A stretch of 64,000 bases of DNA from Elsinoe ampelina (Eukaryota): NCBI GenBank assembly GCA_010093995.1, contig ML992504.1:558001-622000 (forward strand), read 5' to 3'. Under the pieces are notes generated by a model. It had not been told where the DNA came from and searched no databases. It saw only the letters and a list, made by a program, of their open reading frames with translations. The position numbers were made by a program, and so were the translations under genes. Shown piece by piece: positions 22,009-32,959 of this stretch. How positions within the stretch are numbered: the stretch's first letter is position 1; each line of letters begins with the position of its first letter.

Positions 22009-22519
22009 TGTGACTGTGTATTATCGAATTGACGTCGGAGAAGGATAGGTCGCTTCGTCGCTGCTGTTTCTTGTCGATTGGGTGGTTCAACTTCTCGCTG
22101 TCGTTGTGCGGAGATTTCGCTAAGGAAAAGCGTGCGCACGAAGCGGGTGAACTCCGGCTGAATTTGTGGTGGGAGAAATCTTGGCGGGATGATCCCCGGC
22201 CACTTTCGCGGTGGCGGGTCGCGTTGCTTTGCCTACTGCATCAGGCCGATTGATTGAGTGGCTGTGGGATTTTCGTGGTGCCTGTTGCTTGAAAAAGACT
22301 ATCATTATTATGTACGAGTATTCGCTATGTGCCATACTATGCAATAGACAAGACCTCAAATGTTCAGGGTATTCTCATCAAAATCATCTTTCCTCTTCCA
22401 GTGCCTCTGCTATCATCCTCATTTTCTCCCTTTGATCTTCCCTCTGTACTCTCATCAGATGTAACACCCTCTCTCATCAGGCCCCAGACCCTCATCACCT
22501 CTCCGCTATGTCTCGTGTC

Positions 22520-25500
22520 TCACATAACAACACACTTCTTCTCCCCCGTTTGACTCCACGTCCCATCATCATACATCTTCCCCCTCGGCGTCCTCCTCCC
22601 ACTGCTACTCCCCCTCCGACTCCCCCACCTCTTCTTCCTCCTCCCTCCCCCATCTCCCCATCCACCGGGCGCACTACTCGGCCTACTCCCAACGCTACTC
22701 CTTCCATCATACCCTTCGTCGCCATAACTCCCCATCTCCCCTCCCGGAGCAGGTGGTCGCCACCCTACGATCGGGTGCGCAACGCTGCCCGCTGGTTGAG
22801 CCGAGTGCCGCCTGTAATGCGGGTTCAGCGGGAAGAGGGAACTGGAGACGTGTTGTGGGTTGGAGGAGTGAAAGGCGTCTTGCATGGCGAGAACGTGGGG
22901 GGGCAGGTTGCGGCGGAAAGGGGTGGAGGTGCTGGCGCTGCGGACGAGGGGTGGGGGTGGGTCGTTGAGGGGATCGTGAGGAGGTGGAGCGGCGAAGTTG
23001 GCGCGGGCGAAGGGGTTGCCGGGGGCGGAGGGAGATCGAGATAGGTCGGGCAGGATGGCAGAGGTAGGGGAGTTTGGGAGCGCGGGCAGTTCTTTGATAT
23101 TGCCGATGTAGGTCGATGCTGTGGGGGAGCGGACGGATGGGAGTTCCTGTGGAGGAGGGACGAAGTTTGGGTTGGTAGGAGATCGGACAACAGGCATTTC
23201 TTGGGGAGCTGGGGTGAAAGCGAGCTCTCGAGGGGAGCGGAGTGCGGACAGTTCGACAGGTGGTGGTTCCTTGGCTACAGGAGATGGCGCGTAGCTGGAG
23301 TTCGAGACGCGGAGTGACTGTGAGCTGGTGGAAGGTCGTGGCACTGTTCGGCCTCGTTGCTCAATCTCTTCCCGTGTCGACCTATTCCGTTTCGGAGGTT
23401 TTGATGATTCGACTGTGCCGATGAGACTCGCCATGTTCTCCAGCCTTTCACTCTGTTTCTCTTTCTTACTGGCTTCTTTGGCCTCACGCTTGCGCTCTTT
23501 GGCTTCGCGTTCAGCACTCTCCTGTTTCTCGAGTTGCTCAAGCTGCTCCAGTTGTTCGCGAGCCTCTCGCTGCTCTCGCTCCTGTTGTTCTCTCCTCTCA
23601 CGTTGCGTGCGTTCTCGATACTCGCGACGCTCTTTGTCACGCTGTTCTCGTTCTTGACGCTCTGCACGCTGCTCCCACTCCTTGCGTTCTTGCTCTTGTC
23701 TTTCGCGGTGGTGCTGTTGCTGTATGCCAAGCCCTGCGCGGTCACCATTCTGCGTCGATGGACCGATGACAGGGGATACTGCGGACGGCTGACTGATGTT
23801 AGACCCATTGCCTCGGAAGCTGCCATGTGGACTGTTGCTATTGGTCCCGCCACTTCGCTGCATGGGCGAGATGGGATCGAACTCATAATTCCGCTGAGGC
23901 GGCGTCCTCAGGTTATTGGTGTTGACGCTGATAGGGCTAACAGCATTACTGTAGGCTCTAGCAAGACCGCGAGGCACAAATTGTCCTTGGAGCTGTTGTG
24001 GCGTACGGACCTGAGCCCTATCCGCATCTTGCTGCCGCGCAGATGGTCCAGCGACGATTGCATCTAGTGATGGTTGAGATGCCAAGACATCCCGTGATGA
24101 GCTCGTCGTCCGACCATTCGTGAGCTGTGGCGAAGATGTCGACTTCTCCATCATTTTTGGATGGTCCAGACCAGCTAATGATCGATATCGGCTCGGTAGG
24201 GGCGCATTGGGCTCTTCAGTATACTGTGGGAGTGGCATGAACCCATTCTGCCGTGCGCTCACACTCTCAGCAGCCCGCTCCTGGAACCTTTGTATCCTGT
24301 GACTGTCCACAGCACTCGCTGACCGCAGTAGGGAAGCGACCGATCTCGGATTGTTGCCGTCGTATGGCTCTTCGAGTGCTTCGGTGACCTCCTCATCAAC
24401 ATTCGGCAGAGCTTCCGATTGCTGATACGACAGCTCTGAAGAAGGGTTCGGTCGAGCCCGAGCCGCAGCTGCAGGCGATAGCCTCTCGACAGGACTTTGT
24501 GACCCTGCATCATTCATACTCTGGTTCCGTTGGAGTCCGCTAGTCTGCCTGTTCGACCCTGAGCGGTTGACGATCGATGCAGCTCGCCCGAGTGTCGGTG
24601 TGCGCTGGATGATTTTGTGATTCGCGTTGACCGTTCTCCGTCTGACGAGGTCTACCTCCTGTGCGACATCGATCTCCTGTTCGTCCAGGTTCTGTGGCGG
24701 CGCCTTTCCGAGCGTGAGGGTGAAGGTCTGTCCTGGCTGACCAGCGTACTGAGGGTCAAAGTCGAACAGAATGATTCTGCCACCTTCAATGTCCGCCACC
24801 GACTCTTCGACCATGCTCGGATCCACGACTCCGCCGGGACTGACTACTACCAATCGACCGCTGACTTGGGAGGGATCCTTTGTCGGAGCTGGTAGGTTCG
24901 CAGGAGATCTGACCCATCGGATATCGCTGAAGGGGCAGCCGAACTCCTCATCGAGTTCATGATCGATACTGTGTGCCTCGAACTTGGTCTCATCGTCATC
25001 TACATGTGGTACCACGTACAGACGAATGGTGCGATCATTCACGATCATGCCGACGGTGTCACCTCGCTCGTCGATCGCTGGGACTGAATGGACCGCCGCT
25101 CCGAGGCCACCGCAGGTTGATAGAGGAGGTGAGATGGTCACTGGAAAATCGACATTACTGTACTGGACATCCTGCGTGTTCAAAATGCCAAATGTATCCT
25201 CTGAAGCATTCCAGGAGAAGAGTCGCTCGTTCAGCATATTTCCCTCTCTTCGCAGGAATGTAGCGTGGCTGCTATCCATGATGTTGATCGGCTCAAGCAT
25301 GTTGGTACACCAGGCTTCCTTCAGCTCCTCGTGAGTCGGGATGTTGTCTTCCGAGGACGGGAAGACGGGTACTGAGATTGCGACTGTGGCGGCTGCATTG
25401 ATCCTGGTTGTCGTGCCGATCAAGGTAGAACCATCATCGGAGAATTGCAACTTGTCCATCTTCGCCGAGCGAGCTGCTCGTCGATCCGTACTCAGAGCCT

Positions 25501-26272
25501 CCGGATCTAAGGAGAAGACTTCCACCCCTCCCTCGTACGCTGCTGCCAACACACCTCCGGTCGGCGACAGAGCAATCGCATTTGTGGGAAAGTCCGGCTT
25601 GAACGTCTTCAGCCGCCGAACCCTGTGATGTGACAGGTCGTAGACATTGATTGTGTGTTCGTCCGACAAGACCGCGAGTATACCTCCCTCATCCACAATT
25701 TCAATCGCCAGGGGCCGTCTCTTCAATGAGTACTCTTGTGAAATGTTGACCGGAAGCGCCGCGGTCTGCAGAATGAAGAGCCGAGCAGAGTTGTATATTG
25801 CGATCCGCCGTCCTCCAGGGGATATCGAGAATCCAAAAGCTTCTCCTCCAGGCAGACCTGCCGAGGCAGTCGCCGTGTTTGAGACGATCTTGATGACATG
25901 GATGCGGGGTCTGTTTGGCTCGTCTCCATGTATCGATTGCCAGCTATACCTGACCCTGTCCTGCCTGCTGGGCACGAATGTCGTGGGTGAAAGGAGGCGA
26001 GAAGAACGTAGGGAAGTCCTTCGTGAGCTAGGCGTGGTAGGATAGTCGAGCCTCGAGTATGATCTGCCCGTGTTGTTCACCCATTGCTGAGCTATGCTCT
26101 CCCTTGGATTCTCTCTGAAGCGAGGTGTTGCTCGTAGCTCTTCTGTAGTGACTGCTCGGCCAATTTGGCTGGCGCTATCGTCGGGGCCCAGCTCGGAGAA
26201 ATCATCGCGGCTGTAGAATTCTTCTATGTCGCTTCGCAGACTGTACCTGTGCTCGTACTGGTCGAACGACAT
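22520..26272 (-). CDS. Uncharacterised 1250-aa protein with a WD40-like beta-propeller region, a charged coiled coil and a C-terminal CaaX-like end (KKCVVM)
   Basis: Single long ORF. Repeats such as FSISPGGRRIAIY, IALSPTGGVLAAA and LQFSDDGSTLIG; E/R-rich helix; ends in CVVM. Confidence 0.75.
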   Translation of the reverse strand: MSFDQYEHRYSLRSDIEEFYSRDDFSELGPDDSASQIGRAVTTEELRATPRFRENPRESIAQQWVNNTGRSYSRLDYPTTPSSRRTSLRSSRLLSPTTFVPSRQDRVRYSWQSIHGDEPNRPRIHVIKIVSNTATASAGLPGGEAFGFSISPGGRRIAIYNSARLFILQTAALPVNISQEYSLKRRPLAIEIVDEGGILAVLSDEHTINVYDLSHHRVRRLKTFKPDFPTNAIALSPTGGVLAAAYEGGVEVFSLDPEALSTDRRAARSAKMDKLQFSDDGSTLIGTTTRINAAATVAISVPVFPSSEDNIPTHEELKEAWCTNMLEPINIMDSSHATFLRREGNMLNERLFSWNASEDTFGILNTQDVQYSNVDFPVTISPPLSTCGGLGAAVHSVPAIDERGDTVGMIVNDRTIRLYVVPHVDDDETKFEAHSIDHELDEEFGCPFSDIRWVRSPANLPAPTKDPSQVSGRLVVVSPGGVVDPSMVEESVADIEGGRIILFDFDPQYAGQPGQTFTLTLGKAPPQNLDEQEIDVAQEVDLVRRRTVNANHKIIQRTPTLGRAASIVNRSGSNRQTSGLQRNQSMNDAGSQSPVERLSPAAAARARPNPSSELSYQQSEALPNVDEEVTEALEEPYDGNNPRSVASLLRSASAVDSHRIQRFQERAAESVSARQNGFMPLPQYTEEPNAPLPSRYRSLAGLDHPKMMEKSTSSPQLTNGRTTSSSRDVLASQPSLDAIVAGPSARQQDADRAQVRTPQQLQGQFVPRGLARAYSNAVSPISVNTNNLRTPPQRNYEFDPISPMQRSGGTNSNSPHGSFRGNGSNISQPSAVSPVIGPSTQNGDRAGLGIQQQHHRERQEQERKEWEQRAERQEREQRDKERREYRERTQRERREQQEREQREAREQLEQLEQLEKQESAEREAKERKREAKEASKKEKQSERLENMASLIGTVESSKPPKRNRSTREEIEQRGRTVPRPSTSSQSLRVSNSSYAPSPVAKEPPPVELSALRSPRELAFTPAPQEMPVVRSPTNPNFVPPPQELPSVRSPTASTYIGNIKELPALPNSPTSAILPDLSRSPSAPGNPFARANFAAPPPHDPLNDPPPPLVRSASTSTPFRRNLPPHVLAMQDAFHSSNPQHVSSSLFPLNPHYRRHSAQPAGSVAHPIVGWRPPAPGGEMGSYGDEGYDGRSSVGSRPSSAPGGWGDGGGRRKKRWGSRRGSSSGRRTPRGKMYDDGTWSQTGEKKCVVM

Positions 26273-27085
26273 GTTGACCGTCGAGGAAAGGTCATGATCT
26301 GTGGTTGGAGCTCATCTGGTCCGGCGAGAGTGTCTGCGAATATCGGCGACGGTGTGCTACAGTCTCGCCCGACTGACCTCAATCAGTCGAGTCGTCTTGT
26401 GTAATGTCGTGTCAGCCCTCCTGTTCCCAGCTCTTCCAGATTGACAGCAGCTGGCGGTAGTGAGCCGAGCTAGTGATGTGATTCGTCAAGCGGCCTTGAT
26501 TGCGGCTGAAGGGTCCGCGGTTAGTCGTGTTCCTTCGGCGTAGGCGTGCTCGCGTAGAGGCAAATTTGGACAATGCGAGGTAGGAAGCTCTCCAGCAATA
26601 TGTACAGGTCCAGAGCAGCTCAATTGACGGGCCGACGACAACATCCACTGATCCCCCCGACCGACGTGCAAACCTTTTGCGGGAGAGGGGGATGCTCTTG
26701 GCGGATAGTTTGATTCATTAAGCGCGTAGGAGATGCAGTCTAAAACTCGGGTTCGCACGCCTCCATCCTTGATCGGGTAAAGCCTCTCAATTTCCCCATC
26801 AATTTAATATCGCCATGTCTCTGACATCGGGCTGCAGCTGCCATGCTGACTTTTGTCGGCACAAGACCACCCCTGAACAAGGGCAGGAATTGCTCAACGA
26901 ATTGCCTAGTAATGATGCCATGTGCTCAAAGTCAAATGCTGCCGGGCGTGAGACCATCGTCAAAAGTTGCTCAAATGTTGGAATTAGTCTATCGAGGGTT
27001 TGCTGCTGTTCAACGCTGATACGCAAAAACGTCCCTCTCTTCTCACCTTCAAGCAGACGCTAAACACAAAAGTATCGCTGATCAT

Positions 27086-29372
27086 TCACATGCCTGTAGG
27101 TCTCTGTGCCTTGGCAACTCCAAATCTCTGTCCAAGAATTACCCATTCTGCAACGACAATGGCGTATCGCATGGCCAGGGGATTCTGCTCGCTGAACGCT
27201 TTGTGAACCAAGTCATGACATCGGTCCCAATCCACGAACCCTAAAGAGTCGACCTTGTCTTTGGTAATAATGCTGTCAAGCAATTTGTGCAACGGGCCAC
27301 CAACTGGCCATGTTGTAGGGGCAGAGTAGGGGTGCTTCTTTCGCTCGTAGAGCTCCTGAGTGATGAATGGTTTACTTGCTTCCCTCAGCACCCACTTCTC
27401 AAGGAAGCGCTGGCCCTCAGGGTCCCATCGGATCTTGCTTGACGGTGGAAGATTGTTGACGTACTCAGTGAGACGGTGATCGAGGAAAGGTGTACGAGCC
27501 TCGATACTGTGTGCCATCTCCGTTCGATCACCTAGACAAGTAAGAAAGATGTTGGCGAGATGTCCTTTGGACCACACATATTCCGCTGTATGCAGAGGAT
27601 GCCACGAGTCTGTCATCAGCTGACGTGTCCGGCCATCCGCATTGTTGGCAATGGTCGTTTGCGGGTCACTCTTTCCAAAGCATTGTGTCCAGGGTGCGAA
27701 GATATCGAGTTGGAAGGCAGCCATGGAAGACACTGTGGTGATGTCGTTCAGCATCCTTCGTGCCACGCTTGGCCCTCTGTTGGTACCGTCTGCGCCGACG
27801 CTCGTGTAGTAGTCCCTTGCCGCATCTTCTGTGATCTGCAGTTGCTTGATCCGCTCCGCCTCGTCAATCGTGTTGAATTGCTGCCAAGCATGATCGGGCT
27901 CGCGGAGATAGTCGGGCAGATACATAGGATACCCGGCAAAATGCTCGTCTGCGCCCTCGCCAGTGATGACCACTTTGTAGCCCACCTCACGCGGGACCTC
28001 GCTGAGTGCGTACTTGCCGACAAAGTTGAAGTCCGGATTGTGGTGTTCGCAGTGCCATGTGGCGTCCTCGAAGCGCTTGGCCAGCTCTGCTTCATTCATG
28101 TGCTTCTTGATGTACTTGACACCGAGCCATTCGGCTGTACGATTGGCGATACTGGACTCGTCGAAACCAGATTCTTCGTCAAATGCGATACTAAAGCACG
28201 TTATGCGATCTTCAGGGCTTGCATTCCCGATGCCAATGCCTTGCTCCTTGACCAAGTGCGTCACCATGCCTGCAAGGACTGACGAATCGATACCACCGGA
28301 CAAGTAGATGCCAATGGGGACATCAGCTCTGAGTCGCAGCTTGACGGCTTCGAGCATGCGTTCGCGGACACCCTTGATGATCTCGTCCGGCGTACGAGTG
28401 TCCGACAAATGCTTCGTCATTGTCAGGAGGATTTAAATGACAAGACTTAGCTGTCTCACCTTATTTGGATACGATTGATCCCAGTATTGTCGCTGCTCAA
28501 TGTGGCCGAACGACTGACATATCAAATAGTGGCCGGGGCGAACCTTTGGAATTTGTCAGCTCGACATCTACCTCTCAAGTATTGGTTTAGAGGTACCTTT
28601 GCAACATCCTTGAAAATGGTCCGCTCATCGTGGTTCCATCCAGCGTCGAGCAGACTCTTGACGTCCCACTCCGGCTTCCACCCGAGGGATAAGAAAGCTT
28701 TCATTTCTGCAGCAACGAGCAAGCGGCCTTCTTGGACTGTCCAGAATAATGGCTTGATGCCATAGCGATCACGAACGCCGATGAACAACTGATTGGCTTC
28801 ATCGAATAAGACGCAGGCGAACTCTCCCCGGAGATGATGAACGAAATTGAGGCCGTAATACTCGTACAGTGCAATGATCAATTCCGAGTCGGACCGACCA
28901 ATAAAGTCGTACTCTGACTTCGTCTCCAAGTCGGCTCGGATGCGGTCGTAGTCGTAGAATTCGCCATTGACGACTGCATGGATTGATCTCTTCGGATCGT
29001 GAAATGGTTGGGCACCATCTGGCGACAAATCATTGATGGCGAGTCTCACATGACCGAGGACTATATCACGTATTAGTAATGTTTGACAAGGGCTTTGCCA
29101 CAGGGGACCGGGTTCGTCAGAGGACCGACTCGAGTATCCGAAGAGATCCAATGTCCTCTGGAATCGGGACCGCGATGTTTGATGAGATCTAGCGAGTCGT
29201 TGATCTCCTTCGTCAAGCCGTCACGGGAATGGTCGCCATCGAGTTCCGTGTCTTTGGAGCCATTTGTGTAGCCGTTGGTGTAGCCATTGGTGTGGCCATT
29301 AGTTGCTGGTGGTACGTGATGAACGTTGTGGGTGGCGTGTTGCAAGCTCAAGATACAGGAGATACCACACAT
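27086..29372 (-). CDS. Asparagine synthetase (glutamine-hydrolysing)-like amidotransferase, AsnB type; 4 exons
   Basis: N-terminal MCGI (Ntn Cys), HRGPD, LGHVRLAINDL, VNGEFY, RDRYGIKPL, YLSGGIDSS, TGEGADE and EARTPFLD. Introns 29061-29125, 28544-28596 and 28412-28459. Confidence 0.9.
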
Positions 29373-30157
29373 GTTTGTTGCGTACAAGATATGATGAGGT
29401 TGGAGCAATAAGGAGAGATGCAGGAATAGAAGCGAATGTATTCGAGCGAATGATCTAGGTTTCGAACAGGTGATTAGGGAATATTGCTTATAGGAATGCT
29501 TGTCGACTAGAAGCCAGAAGTACTTGAAGGGTGAGTCTGTTTCTCGCAGGGAGCATCGGGGGAGACGTTGCAAAGGTTGATAACTCTGGGCAGGTACGAT
29601 GCAGCTTTAAATAGCGCTAGATAGGATCCGGTCATGCGCGATATATCGGTCACAGGTCGACTTGCAACTCCCCTCATTTTGAGAGGACGTGGGGGAAGGT
29701 CAGTGGATCGGATATGTGCCAGAAATGACGTCGGAGGTCTTATCTACCCTGGAAGAGGACGTTTATGGATCCATTACATACAGTAGAGCCAGGATCGTTA
29801 TTTGAAAGGATGGAAATGGGAAAGCCACAAGTCGGTGAGAGGCATGTTGATGAGGTCTGCATGACCGTTCGAGGGAGCTTCACATGTCGATGCTGTGCGA
29901 ACTGCTGCAAGCTCTCACAGACGAGGTCGTCGTTCGTGACATGAGGAGCCGCCCGGCTGATCAAGAGCAGATCAGGAACCGTCAAAGCCATGACTCGCGT
30001 CGATTCTTGATGGAGCGGCAAATCACCGGCGTACCTAGAATCTTCTCGCGGGGTGGCTCGGCATCTTGTGCTGACTGTCCGTTGACGTCGACGTGCTTGT
30101 TCATAAGAATCCTTTATTCCTACCACGCAATCACTCAGACAAGAAACATCTCACATC

Positions 30158-31224
30158 ATGGCGTTCGTCCTACGGCGACCATTTGCCATCACACAGGCCC
30201 TCAAGCAAGCACCGTCAGCTTCACGAACCGTCTTCAGAAGCTTCCACCATGAAGCGCCTAAGCAAGCCTTCAAGCGCTTCAGTCCGCTGCAAGAGTCCAG
30301 CAAATTCGCCTCGGCTCGAGAAGTCTTCCAGAAGACTTTCCGTCGATACCAGTCTCAGTCTTCGTTCAACCCAGCTGCCTCGGGCGATCTCCGACAACGA
30401 CTCTTGTATGGCGGCGCAATTTTCGGAGGAACTCTTCTGGCTATCAATCTGATCTTCAACCGTGAGACTCGAGAGGATGGTGGCATGCCAGGGTTTGAAT
30501 CGCGATACCTCAATGAAACGTTCATGCACACTGGCCTTGGGATCGGAATCATCGCTGTCGCAGCTAGGGCTATGCACGCAAACGGCTGGAGCTACAGGTT
30601 GATGTCTGCGAACCCATGGCTGGTTCTCGGTGTTGGTCTCGTCGGATCTATTGGCACCATGATTGCTTGCCGCGCGACACCTCCTGAGAAGTGAGTACTC
30701 TACATGCACAAATATCCGGCAGCCGACTAACGAGTAATAGCTATATTCCAAAGTACGCTCTATGGACCGCTTTCAACTTGACCCAGGCAGCGCTACTATC
30801 GCCCATGCTGTTCTTCGCACCCCATATTCTTGCTCGAGCTGGTCTGTACACCGTCGGAATGATGGGATCCATCGCATTTGTTGGCGCCACTGCCAAGCAA
30901 GAGAAATACCTATACCTTGGAGGACCTCTGCTCGCAGGCGTGGCAATCGTCGCACTTTCTGGTCTAGCTCCACTCGTCCTTCCAGTCACAGCGGCACGAA
31001 CTCTCATGTGGTCTGAGAACATCTGGCTCTACGGAGGTTTGGCAGTCTTTGGTGGCTTCACTCTTTACGACGTGCAGAAGGTGTTGCACCACGCTAGACT
31101 GTCTGAAAGGGGCTTAATGAAGCGCGATCCAGTGAACGAGTCGATCTCATTGGAGCTTGACTTCATCAACATCTTTGTGCGTATGGTACAGATCCTGGCC
31201 ATGCAGGGAGGCAGGAGAAAGTAG
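30158..31224 (+). CDS. Bax inhibitor-1 family protein, mitochondrial GHITM/MICS1-like; 2 exons
   Basis: Basic N-terminal presequence-like region. Motifs ARAGLYTVGMMGSIAFVGATA, LYGGLAVFGGFTLYDVQK and DPVNESISLELDFINIFVR. Intron 30691-30740. Confidence 0.9.
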
Positions 31225-31398
31225 GAGTATTCCGGGGACAAACCATGATGGAACGAGAATGCATACTTCTGGGTAACAAGCACAGCGACTTGATAGTTTC
31301 GATATCTCTGCTCTTGGCGTGCCAGCCTTGTAACAATACACCTACCTCGAAGGAATAAAAAATTGTACTTGTAGTAAATGTCTGTGATCACAACTTCA

Positions 31399-32205
31399 TC
31401 ATGTTCGCTTCAGCATTCCGCAGAGCACGACATCATCGCCCAGCTGGTGCCATCGAGTGCGGACAAGTCGCGCAACATCCAACTTGCCTCTCTCATCCTC
31501 TTCATCACGCTGTGGTGAGACCCTCAAACCGTCCGGGCCAAGCCATACTGGGGCTATGGTCACAATGATCGAATCTATGAGATGTGATTGCTTGGGTGCC
31601 AGCAGCGTGTTGATGATATTCGCGCCGCCCTCAATCATAACACTTCTCATGCCCCGTTTGAAAAGCTCAGCAAGGATAGATGTCCAGCTGATGGAAGCAA
31701 CCGCGTCCTCAGCCAGGACTATGTACTCCCCACCAGCACTCTGTAACACCGCTGCTTGCTCCGCTGGCGGCGGTCTGCGGGTCACAACCCACGGTGCTCT
31801 ACCACGTCCAGTCATAGCGAGCTGTATAACCTTTGTCTGCTCCGTGAACGCCCACCGCGCCTGCGGATCTATTACCACTGGCCGCGGCTGACCATCAAGA
31901 CCACGACCACCATAACCACCAGTACCTTCCAGTCGACAATTCAAGCTCGGATTGTCCGCTACCGCAGTACCTACACCCACCAAGATAGCATCATGTCTGG
32001 ACCTCAGATAATGTGTCATGGCTTTGGACTGCGGTCCGGATAGCGCAGTTTGCACACCAGGACTGATAGCCAGCGCCGAGTCGAGCGACGTCGCAAATGT
32101 CAGCGTCACGAAGGGTTTCGACGTCGTCACATCGTGCTTGGGCATATAGTCTTCAAGCCACTCCCTAGTGGCACTGGGGAAGTGCAGCGCGTCTCGATTC
32201 GCCAT
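31399..32205 (-). CDS. RIB7: 2,5-diamino-6-ribosylamino-4(3H)-pyrimidinone 5'-phosphate reductase (RibD C-terminal domain)
   Basis: PFVTLTFATSLDS, SKAMTHYLRSRHDAILVGVGTAVADNPSLNCR and SVMIEGGA. Confidence 0.92.
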   Translation of the reverse strand: MANRDALHFPSATREWLEDYMPKHDVTTSKPFVTLTFATSLDSALAISPGVQTALSGPQSKAMTHYLRSRHDAILVGVGTAVADNPSLNCRLEGTGGYGGRGLDGQPRPVVIDPQARWAFTEQTKVIQLAMTGRGRAPWVVTRRPPPAEQAAVLQSAGGEYIVLAEDAVASISWTSILAELFKRGMRSVMIEGGANIINTLLAPKQSHLIDSIIVTIAPVWLGPDGLRVSPQRDEEDERGKLDVARLVRTRWHQLGDDVVLCGMLKRT

Positions 32206-32959
32206 GGCGTGCGGCTGATGGGATGGGCTATTGATCACTAGGCAGCAAACGCGCTCCGGTGGCTGCAGTCCATGAGCTGAAGTCGGAAACTATTCTCCTT
32301 GCGAAAGTCCGTGGTCCTGAGCCTCGAGGAGTCTTTAGCTGAAGTTACCGAGCTGGAGGCGGCGCTTCTTGTATCCACCTCGTATCTTCTTCAGCGCGAT
32401 CGTTTCGTGATGGGTCGGCCTCAGACAAATCAATTTCGGACTGACCGAGGGGGATTTTTGAACGCCTCGATCACAGCAAAAGTTTGGGGCGGGAGGGGCC
32501 CGATAGTGGGGTGGCCCTACTCTTCGTATCCAAATGCCGGTTAAACAATTCGAAGCACTAATGAAATCATTCTCAGGGCTGGCAGCTGCACAGAAATGCG
32601 GCACGGGAGGCCCTGCAAGGAACACATCGCACATCCTGCGCTTGTCCCTTTGGTCCCTCCGTCTGCCGCTGGAACTCTCTCCACCCATCATTGTGGTGGT
32701 CAGGGTCCTGCATCTTGCTGCACCGCAACTCCAAGCGTGGGGATACGTACCGCCTGTTCTTACATTTCTCCCTTATATGCTTCGCCAAGTTGGGTACTCG
32801 TAAGTCTTGCTGGCAAGACAGTATCCCTGGCATTGCGACAAGTCATCACGACCATAATATCCATGCAATCAACCTCGACGACTTCACCGCCTGCGGAGGT
32901 GACTGCAACTCCAACTCCGGCGTAGCGCCCACCACCCAAACTTGCATGCACTCGCGACC

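Noticed and set aside
22009..22016. CAGTCACA (Homol D-like ribosomal protein promoter motif) on the RPL23 strand
   Set aside because: It directly abuts the ATG and is better explained as the usual fungal start-codon context.
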